Shown here in pieces: positions 56,538-64,000 of a stretch of DNA of 64,000 bases. A program made the position numbers and the translations under genes. The stretch spans positions 124,001-188,000 of IMG/VR virus record IMGVR_UViG_3300043410_001471; one strand, given 5' to 3'. Position 1 is the first letter of the stretch. The number at the start of each line of letters is the position of its first letter. The notes below the pieces were generated by a model. That model had not been told where the DNA came from. It worked only from the letters and a program-made list of their open reading frames with translations, and did no database searches.

Positions 56538-57324
56538 GTTATATTGTGATACCAGTAGAGTATCCATTAGAGAAATCAATAGTAATGTAGCCAAAGAGAT
56601 TATTGTTAAAAAGCACTACACTCACGCTTGGACTGCTTGTAGATATGCGTTAGGTATATTCTATAAAACTGATAATGAAAATGTAATCGGTGATGATGAA
56701 ATTCTAATCGGTTGTATGGTTTATGGATTTCCCGTAGGAGCAAGAGCATCCACATCCGTTTGTGAGGGATTAACCAAAGATAACATTTTGGAATTGACTC
56801 GTTTATATTGCGATGATGGGTATGGTTCGAATATTGAATCATACGCATTGGGACAATCGTTTAAATGGTTCAGAGAAAATGATAAAGATATCAAAGTACT
56901 CATTTCTTATGCAGATAACGGACAAGAACATTTAGGTGGTATTTACCAAGCAACTAATTGGATTTATCAGGGATTAAATACAGATATCGCCCTAATGCCA
57001 AACTATGGTATTTCATTATCAAATGACCCATTTAAATGGATTCATAGTAGGACTGTATTTACAAAATGGGGTAGTGGTAATCTGGAACATCTTCGTAGAG
57101 AAATTGGTAAGGATGGTTACAAAGAATTTTGGAGAAGGGAAGAACCACCAAAGCATAGATACATACAAATCATAGGAGCAGATAAAAAGGAGAAAAAGGA
57201 TTTAATTAAGAGATTAAAACATGAGGTTAGACCTTATCCTAAAAATGCTAGAGAATACAATAAAGGTGTTCAGCACCACACTACAATTGAACCAGATACC
57301 GAAATTTCGGTTAAATTCTGGTAA
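56521..57324 (+). CDS. Mom-family (GNAT-fold) DNA adenine modification protein, copy 2
   Basis: IIVKKHYT, IGCMVYG, LELTRL, LISYADN..EHLGGIYQATNWIYQG, KHRYI; TTG start. Confidence 0.85.
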   Translation: MKVENKLYCDTSRVSIREINSNVAKEIIVKKHYTHAWTACRYALGIFYKTDNENVIGDDEILIGCMVYGFPVGARASTSVCEGLTKDNILELTRLYCDDGYGSNIESYALGQSFKWFRENDKDIKVLISYADNGQEHLGGIYQATNWIYQGLNTDIALMPNYGISLSNDPFKWIHSRTVFTKWGSGNLEHLRREIGKDGYKEFWRREEPPKHRYIQIIGADKKEKKDLIKRLKHEVRPYPKNAREYNKGVQHHTTIEPDTEISVKFW

Positions 57325-57339
57325 ATATACCCCAAAATA

Positions 57340-57371
57340 TTTGGTAATATCAAATAATATTCGTATATTTG
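57340..57371 (+). promoter_or_regulatory. Bacteroidota-type sigmaA promoter
   Basis: TTTG-N20-TATATTTG. Confidence 0.85.
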
Positions 57372-57408
57372 AGTATATCAAAAGAGTTAAAATTTAAAAT
57401 TTAAAGTT

Positions 57409-59163
57409 ATGGCATTAAAACTTAGTTATGATGATTTTATTAAAGAAGTTGCTTATTTAAGAGCTGAGAAACTTCCGTATTGTGTATCAACAATGAACAC
57501 ATATTTTACAGCATATGTTATCAAATGGTCTGATTTAAAGTTCTATCCTAAAAATTATAAAGGCGAACTTCAACCACATGATATTCAAAATTCTCAATCA
57601 AATAGAAATCCATCAATTAATGTTAATTCGAAAAAGTTACCTAAGAAATTAGCATATGGAATTCGTATTATGGGAGGTAATTCATCTTTTAATTATTTAC
57701 CATTGGGTATTTTAGATGATACAATTGCACTTCAAGCTGAAGATAGAGGACATGAGGGTGGTGTATTATTCTTTAATTATGATACTAAATGGCCTATTAA
57801 AATTTGGAAAAGAGCTTTACAAATTTTAGAAACGGAAGTTATGGAATCCGAACAAACTTCCAATACAAAATTAATTATAAAATCTTTGAAATCATTGATG
57901 AATGATAAGAAAGTAAAGGAATTATCATTTGCGGAAATTGTTCCATTAGATATAAAGAAAGAAAAAGATAACGCTTATATTCCAATAGAATTGAAAGTAT
58001 ATCCTAATAGAACATTTCATAGAAGAGAAATTTTAGGAATTAATAATAATGAAGATACTTGGCAAACTCACCAAAAAGCAGTAGCTGAAGCTGAAATTGT
58101 TTTAGATGCAATTTATGGTGTGGGTAACGATTATTTTGATAAAATATATACACCAGTTGAAGGTAAAGCACTTTTTCAAGGTGAATTAACTATGTTAGCA
58201 AAACATGCAGCAGCTGGTCACAAAATGGAAAGATATGAAGAAGAACCAATTATGCTATGGTTAAGTTCTAGACAATATAGAAAAGATTCTTTGGACATTT
58301 ATAGAGGATTTGATTGTTCAACATTAAATACTCGCATTGCTCAATATAAAAAATTAGTTGAATCCATTTCTAAAGATAAAAAATTAGATGAATTAGTTAA
58401 AACGGAAGTAGATTTTTTAACTTACATATCAGAATGTGTTAATATAGACTCATTTGAAACAACGATTGATAATGTTGTTGCTAAATATAAAGGAAAATCT
58501 ACAACCAACATCAATGACCTTTCTATGACAAAAATGGATTCGGCTCTTATGATGGCTCAAATTATTAGAGATTATTTAGATACACGAACTGCTAGATTAA
58601 CAAAAGATGTTGTAATTACAGTTGGTAATAAAGTATTGAAAATGGCTTCTGAATTATTGGAGAATGAAAATGTTCAATCCGAATTAATTTCATCATCTAC
58701 CGGTGCTAATGGAAGATATAAGCAATTTTATATGAACTTAGAGGAGGAATTAAATGAATTACCATATGAAGAGGTTAGTGATGTTAAAGAAACATTGATT
58801 TCAAAAGCTAAACAGCAAATGGATTCATCTTTAAATCCAAATGGAGATATTCCAATGATTGATAGAGATGAAAATGCAAAATCGGTTTTTAAAATTGTTA
58901 TTGTAAATATTAACAAAGGTATCGGATTTGAAAAAGGGCATAAGAATGCTGGAATAGATAGTAAAGATATCGATAACTTTTTCTTACAATTTACAGGAGA
59001 TAATGGATTCTGGTCTAATAAAAGAGATTTTGAACCAAACACATATTCAGCTGAATATTTAAATTCAATAAAAGAATTTATGAAAACTAATGAGTTGAAT
59101 GATAATGATGAGTGGCAAGATGCATATCAAAATACTCGTAAATTTGTAACATCTGTTTGGTAA
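57409..59163 (+). CDS. Degenerate GmrSD-like protein (DUF262/ParB-like N-terminus + HNH-like C-terminus)
   Basis: Order of elements resembles DUF262 with EDRGHE in place of DGQQR; C-terminal FEKGH...DNFFLQ...DN..WSNK is HNH-like. Confidence 0.45.
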   Translation: MALKLSYDDFIKEVAYLRAEKLPYCVSTMNTYFTAYVIKWSDLKFYPKNYKGELQPHDIQNSQSNRNPSINVNSKKLPKKLAYGIRIMGGNSSFNYLPLGILDDTIALQAEDRGHEGGVLFFNYDTKWPIKIWKRALQILETEVMESEQTSNTKLIIKSLKSLMNDKKVKELSFAEIVPLDIKKEKDNAYIPIELKVYPNRTFHRREILGINNNEDTWQTHQKAVAEAEIVLDAIYGVGNDYFDKIYTPVEGKALFQGELTMLAKHAAAGHKMERYEEEPIMLWLSSRQYRKDSLDIYRGFDCSTLNTRIAQYKKLVESISKDKKLDELVKTEVDFLTYISECVNIDSFETTIDNVVAKYKGKSTTNINDLSMTKMDSALMMAQIIRDYLDTRTARLTKDVVITVGNKVLKMASELLENENVQSELISSSTGANGRYKQFYMNLEEELNELPYEEVSDVKETLISKAKQQMDSSLNPNGDIPMIDRDENAKSVFKIVIVNINKGIGFEKGHKNAGIDSKDIDNFFLQFTGDNGFWSNKRDFEPNTYSAEYLNSIKEFMKTNELNDNDEWQDAYQNTRKFVTSVW

Positions 59164-59181
59164 TATAATAGTAAAATTAAT

Positions 59182-60285
59182 ATGAATAAATTTTGGGATT
59201 CCGAAATAGGTAATTTTGATAAGAAGGTATTAGTAGTACCCAATTATACTCACTTTGGTGAAGGTAAAAATATAAACGCAGATTCGTTTGTGTTAGTTAT
59301 GAAATCATTTTTAGATAACACTAATTATGATAATTTACAATTTATAATTCCATATCCAAATGGATATATGCCAACGGATTTTATGAAGTATAAAAATGTA
59401 AAACTTATTAATATGGGGAATGTTTCTACATTTCCCCCATTAATGAGAATTCAATTCCCCGATTCTGCATTTAAAAAGATATTTTCTGAAGAAGGAATTG
59501 ATATCATTTGGTCACATTTGCCGGAATGGACTAATCAATTATTAATCGTTCGTAGATACAACACAGTAACTCAACCTGTTTTGGGTTATTGCCATTGGTG
59601 GGAGATTCCTGAAAATGGTGCATATAATCATAATTCCTTTTGGGCAAATGTGCAAGGTATGTTGAAAATGAGTGTATGTGGGGTAAACTCACAATGGGTT
59701 AAGAATTTAGTATTAAAAAGAGCAAGTGGGTTTTTGAATAAAGAACAATTAGAAAAATTAGATACAATCATTCAGCCTTGGTATTTAGGATGCGATGAGT
59801 GGCAAGAAGGAATTGTAAAACCAAAAACTATTTTATTCAATCATAGAGCAGATGGGTATACCGGTGCTGATTGGTTTTTTGAAGAGATGGATAAGTTGTG
59901 GGAACAAAGACAAGATTTTAAAGTTCTTACATCCATAGCTAGTGTTTCAAAACCATATACGGAATCAATCCGACATCCTAATAGAGAACATTATAAACAA
60001 AATGTAGGAAGCGCTGATATTGGTGTTGGATGTTTTACAAAATATTCAGCATGGAGTATGAGTACAACTGATGGGTTGAGTATGAATGTACCATATATTT
60101 TACCAAAAGGATTGTGCTATGAAGAAATGGTTGGAGAAGATTATCCATTACTTTATAATGGTAAAAAGGAATTTGTAAAAATGTTAGTAGATTACTTAGA
60201 TGGTAAAATAGAAAGACCTAACACAAAAAAAATGGCTGAGAAGTTATATTGGAAACATAGTTTAGAAAATTGGAAAATTATATAA
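59182..60285 (+). CDS. Glycosyltransferase (GT-B), candidate DNA-modifying enzyme
   Basis: IDIIWSHLPE, GYCHW, ILFNHR, WSMSTTDGLSMNVPYILP; located in the replication operon. Confidence 0.7.
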   Translation: MNKFWDSEIGNFDKKVLVVPNYTHFGEGKNINADSFVLVMKSFLDNTNYDNLQFIIPYPNGYMPTDFMKYKNVKLINMGNVSTFPPLMRIQFPDSAFKKIFSEEGIDIIWSHLPEWTNQLLIVRRYNTVTQPVLGYCHWWEIPENGAYNHNSFWANVQGMLKMSVCGVNSQWVKNLVLKRASGFLNKEQLEKLDTIIQPWYLGCDEWQEGIVKPKTILFNHRADGYTGADWFFEEMDKLWEQRQDFKVLTSIASVSKPYTESIRHPNREHYKQNVGSADIGVGCFTKYSAWSMSTTDGLSMNVPYILPKGLCYEEMVGEDYPLLYNGKKEFVKMLVDYLDGKIERPNTKKMAEKLYWKHSLENWKII

Positions 60286-60286
60286 T

Positions 60287-61513
60287 ATGAAATTTTGGGA
60301 TACAGGTGAACAAACCAACACAGAAGTATTTGACTACGATGAGATGAAAAAGAAGTTCATTGAGAACTTGGATTATCTTAAAGAAATGTCAGTAGAAGAG
60401 CAAACTCTATACAAAAAATGGATGGAGTGGAATGAAGATTTAATTGGTAATATGCGAAAATTACCTGCTTTACAACAACATTATGATTCGTTGTGGAAAC
60501 CGACTGATATTATGGATAAGGAATTAACGATAAAAGAAATCGAAGGATTGCAACCATATATTGAAGTTGTAGAAGATAATCCAAAAGAATCTACTCGTTG
60601 GACTGAAATCCGTAGATTAATTCATACTATGGAGTTTCAGGCAAATCCAGGTCGTAATGTAAAGTGCTATGTTAAAGATAGAACAAGCGGAAAGATATTA
60701 GGACAAGTTTGTTTAGGTTCAGACATTACATCATTGGGTGTGAGAGATGCATACATTGGTTGGCAGAAAGAAGATAAGTTTCAAAATGGTAAATTGAATT
60801 GTACTACTATTGCAACTACAATCGTATCAACCCAACCATTTGGATATAATTTCTTAGGTGGTAAGTTAATTGCAGCATTGGCAACTGCACCTGAAGTTAG
60901 AGATTACTGGCAAAAGAAATACAACAATCCATTGATTGGAGTAGGTACAACATCATTGTATGGTATTCACTCACAATACAATGGTATTCCTCATTTCAAA
61001 ACATTGGGAGAATCTAAAGGTAAGATTTCTACAAAGCCAGATGATAAGGTATACGACCCATGGCATCAATGGTTGAAAGAAAATCGTTCTGAATGGTATA
61101 AGCAACACATTATGGATGAGAGAGAACGAAATGGTGCTAATATGGGATACGATAGAAACGGACCTGTAAGTGGAATCAAACAAAAGATTATTCAGGCAAT
61201 TTTTAAAGAGTTGGGAATCAAAGGAAACGCTTATGACCACGGATTCCAAAGAGGTGTGTATTTCGCACAAATGTATGAGAATGGTAATGAGTTCCTTTGT
61301 TCTAAAATCGAAGAGAAGGATTTAGTTCTTAAAAAGAAATTCGCTGATGGTAATGATTATACTATCAAATGGTGGAAAGATAAAGCAATTAAGAGATATA
61401 CTAAATTGCATGAAGAAGGTAAAATTAAACCCGAAGTTTTATTCTATATTGATGCAATTGGAATGACTTGGGAACAAATGAAAGAACATTACTTAAAAGA
61501 AGTGGGAAGATAA
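60287..61513 (+). CDS. DUF4338 (DruA-like) protein
   Basis: PGRNVKCYVKDRTSGKILG, RDAYIGW, QPFGYNFLGGKLIAAL, TTSLYG..SQYN, LGESKG. Confidence 0.8.
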   Translation: MKFWDTGEQTNTEVFDYDEMKKKFIENLDYLKEMSVEEQTLYKKWMEWNEDLIGNMRKLPALQQHYDSLWKPTDIMDKELTIKEIEGLQPYIEVVEDNPKESTRWTEIRRLIHTMEFQANPGRNVKCYVKDRTSGKILGQVCLGSDITSLGVRDAYIGWQKEDKFQNGKLNCTTIATTIVSTQPFGYNFLGGKLIAALATAPEVRDYWQKKYNNPLIGVGTTSLYGIHSQYNGIPHFKTLGESKGKISTKPDDKVYDPWHQWLKENRSEWYKQHIMDERERNGANMGYDRNGPVSGIKQKIIQAIFKELGIKGNAYDHGFQRGVYFAQMYENGNEFLCSKIEEKDLVLKKKFADGNDYTIKWWKDKAIKRYTKLHEEGKIKPEVLFYIDAIGMTWEQMKEHYLKEVGR

Positions 61514-61516
61514 AAT

Positions 61517-64000
61517 ATGTATCAAAATATATACTACGAAAGAAGCAAGAATTTAATTCATCTATGGGATGATACCAATGGATACCAAACATTTCCATAC
61601 CGAAAATATGCCTACAAAAAAGACCCATATGGACAGCATCGTTCAATGTATGGGGATAAGTTATCTCGTATTTCAAAGTGGGAAAAGGATGAGGCCGAAG
61701 ATTTATTCGAATCGGATGTACCAGAAACAACGAGAGTATTGGTAGATATCTATGATAATGATTTACCATCAAAAGGACATACAGTATTAACATTTGACAT
61801 TGAGGTAGAAATGATATCAGGTCTACCAAACACACGAGAAGCTCAAAACGAAATCACAGCAATCGCAGCACACGATTCTATTACAAAAGAATATGAAGTG
61901 TTCGTATTAGATAAAGAAAGAAAAGTTAAAAACAATGCTACTAATTTTAGTAAAAACGGCAGAGAGGTTAAAGTACACATATTTGACAACGAAAGGAATT
62001 TATTATTTGCATTTCTTAATTATTACCAACAAGTTGACCCGACTATTCTAACGGGTTGGAACATTGATTTTTTCGATATTCCATATCTTTACAATCGTAT
62101 TAAGAATGTTTGTGGAGAGGGACATGCTAAGAGATTATCTCGTATCGGAGAAGCATTCTGGTCACCATATAGAGAGAAGTTTAGTTTTGGTGGTGTGAGT
62201 GTATTGGATTACATCAATTTGTATAAAACATACACATATACATTGGAAGCATCTTATACATTGAACTACATCGCTACCAAAGAATTGGGTAGAGGTAAGG
62301 TGGAGTATGAGGGAAGTTTGGATGATTTATTTGTAAACGATTTGGAGAAATTCATTGAGTATAACATTGTCGATGTGGAGTTGGTTGTAGCAATGGATGC
62401 CAAATTACAATTCATTGAATTATGTAGAGCCGTTTGTCACGCTGGATTTGTTCCATATGAAGATTACATATTTTCATCAAAGTGGTTAGAAGGAGCTTGT
62501 TTAGGATATCTTAAAAAGAAAGGATTGGTAGCAACCAATAAACCAAAAGATAGAAAGGAAAGAATGCAAGCTCTTAGAGATAATAACGAAGAGAAATTCA
62601 TTGGAGCATATGTAAAAGAACCTATCGTTGGTAAGTATGATTGGATTTATGATTTGGACTTAACATCTCTATATCCATCAATCATTATGACTTTGAATAT
62701 CAGTCCCGAAACAAAGATTGGTAAGATTCAGAATTGGGATGCTGAAGCAAATATCAGAGGGTTAGATACTACATACAAAGTAGTTGGTAAAGATGGTGAT
62801 ACTTATGAATATACGACTCAGGAACTAAAGGAAGTTATTAAGGATAGTAATTTAGGTGTTGCGGCAAATGGAGTTCTCTATTCACAAGATTCACCGGGTT
62901 TGATTGCCGATATCTTAAATGATTGGTTTCAAAAGCGTGTTGAGTTCCGTAAATTAGAAAAGAAATATGGTACGGAAGGTGATACTGAAAAGTATGAATT
63001 CTATGCTAAAAGACAGCTAGTACAAAAGATTCTTTTGAACTCAATGTATGGTGTATTGGGTTTACCAGCATTTCGATTCTATGATGTGGATAACGCTGAA
63101 GCAGTAACCCTAACAGGTCAAACTGTTATTAAGAAAACAGCAGAGATGGCAAACATCAAATATTGGAAAGAACTCGGAACTAAAGAGGATTATAATGTGT
63201 ACATCGATACTGATTCCATTTATATGATGGCAGAACCTTTGGTAAAACATAGATACCCTGAATATAAAACATTTGACCAAAATCGAATGGCTGAAGAGGT
63301 AAATACTATTGCCGAAGAAACTCAAACATTTTTGAACACATTCTATGATATGTTGGCTGAAAAGTTCTTCTTTATTCCAAAAGAGAAACATAGATTTGAG
63401 ATTAAGAAAGAATACATTAGTAAAGCAGGATTTTGGGTAGCAAAGAAGAGATATGCACAATGGATGATTCTAAAAAATGGTGTACCTTGTGATAAGTTGG
63501 ATGTTAAAGGATTGGATGTGGTTCGTTCATCATTTCCTAAAGCATTTCAGGACTTTATGGCTAAAATGTTGAAAGATATTTTAATGGGTAAGGATAACGC
63601 ATTTATGGATGAATCTTTATTGGATTTCAAAAAGAATATGATTAATCTACCTGTAAACAAAATAGCAAAGGGTGGAGCAATTAAGGAGTTAAGTAAGTAT
63701 GATAATGGTAGTTGGAGAAAAGATGGTGGAGAAGCTATCGCATCATTTGAAAAGGGAACACCTGCACACGTTAAAGCTGGAATCACTTACAATCGATTAT
63801 TAAAATTCTTCAATTGTCCATTTAAGCATGAACCAATTAGAGATGGTGATAAAGTAAAGTGGGTATATCTTAAAACAAATCCATTGGGATTAGATACTGT
63901 TGCATTTAAGGATTATAATGACCCAAAAGAGATTATGGATTTCGTAGAACAATATGTTGATAGAGATATGATTTATAAAGCAGAGTTGGAAAACAAAGTA
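61517..64000 (+). CDS. DNA polymerase family B (gp43-like), 3'-partial
   Basis: Not in the track because no stop occurs before the window end. Exo motifs FDIEV, GWNIDFFDIPY and YNIVDV; polymerase motifs DLTSLYPS (about 62657), KILLNSMYG (about 63025) and YIDTDS (about 63200). Confidence 0.97.
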   Translation, partial: MYQNIYYERSKNLIHLWDDTNGYQTFPYRKYAYKKDPYGQHRSMYGDKLSRISKWEKDEAEDLFESDVPETTRVLVDIYDNDLPSKGHTVLTFDIEVEMISGLPNTREAQNEITAIAAHDSITKEYEVFVLDKERKVKNNATNFSKNGREVKVHIFDNERNLLFAFLNYYQQVDPTILTGWNIDFFDIPYLYNRIKNVCGEGHAKRLSRIGEAFWSPYREKFSFGGVSVLDYINLYKTYTYTLEASYTLNYIATKELGRGKVEYEGSLDDLFVNDLEKFIEYNIVDVELVVAMDAKLQFIELCRAVCHAGFVPYEDYIFSSKWLEGACLGYLKKKGLVATNKPKDRKERMQALRDNNEEKFIGAYVKEPIVGKYDWIYDLDLTSLYPSIIMTLNISPETKIGKIQNWDAEANIRGLDTTYKVVGKDGDTYEYTTQELKEVIKDSNLGVAANGVLYSQDSPGLIADILNDWFQKRVEFRKLEKKYGTEGDTEKYEFYAKRQLVQKILLNSMYGVLGLPAFRFYDVDNAEAVTLTGQTVIKKTAEMANIKYWKELGTKEDYNVYIDTDSIYMMAEPLVKHRYPEYKTFDQNRMAEEVNTIAEETQTFLNTFYDMLAEKFFFIPKEKHRFEIKKEYISKAGFWVAKKRYAQWMILKNGVPCDKLDVKGLDVVRSSFPKAFQDFMAKMLKDILMGKDNAFMDESLLDFKKNMINLPVNKIAKGGAIKELSKYDNGSWRKDGGEAIASFEKGTPAHVKAGITYNRLLKFFNCPFKHEPIRDGDKVKWVYLKTNPLGLDTVAFKDYNDPKEIMDFVEQYVDRDMIYKAELENKV

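Noticed and set aside
174-63786. All minus-strand ORFs and short alternative-frame plus-strand ORFs in the track (for example 978..1316, 4269..4706, 24962..25315, 48079..48513, 63110..63460)
   Set aside because: They lie wholly or almost wholly within strong + strand genes, have low-complexity shadow translations and no promoter context. 63110..63460 and 63547..63786 are shadows of the PolB gene missing from the track.
1-64000. Alternative genetic code (TAG or TGA recoding as in some Bacteroidota phages)
   Set aside because: All recognisable genes are full length under code 11 and the coding density is near complete.
1-64000. CRISPR array, tRNA or rRNA genes
   Set aside because: No repeat-spacer periodicity or cloverleaf-like GC-rich segment was seen; the only tandem repeats are in-frame coding repeats. 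tRNAscan-SE would be the formal check.

Overview
64 kb of an AT-rich, T4-related (myovirus-type) large phage genome with all real genes on the + strand. The host is most likely Bacteroidota, based on seven (T/C)TTG-N20-TAnnTTT(G/A) promoters and A-rich starts that mostly lack a Shine-Dalgarno sequence. Order: head module (prohead protease, scaffold, gp23-like capsid, 1-7.8 kb); neck and tail terminator (7.9-11.7 kb); a 15 kb array of Ser/Thr-rich paralogous fibre genes with an embedded glycosyltransferase and a Hint-LamG protein (11.7-27.1 kb); sheath, tube, tail chaperone, tape measure and baseplate (27.2-39.9 kb); then replication and nucleotide genes (divergent PolA, gp32, UvsX, RNase H, GroES, helicase, NrdB/A, thioredoxin); and a putative DNA-hypermodification locus (two Mom-like genes, a degenerate GmrSD-like gene, a GT-B glycosyltransferase, DUF4338) running into a family B DNA polymerase that is cut by the window end. 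The most interesting signals are the modification locus with a shared terminal KFW peptide, two candidate programmed frameshifts (1639-1645 and 31845-31851), a bacterial-intein-like Hint domain in a virion lectin, the fibre array with shared docking-like termini, and a TATTTATA late-promoter motif. Family assignments are by eye from motifs; no database search was run.
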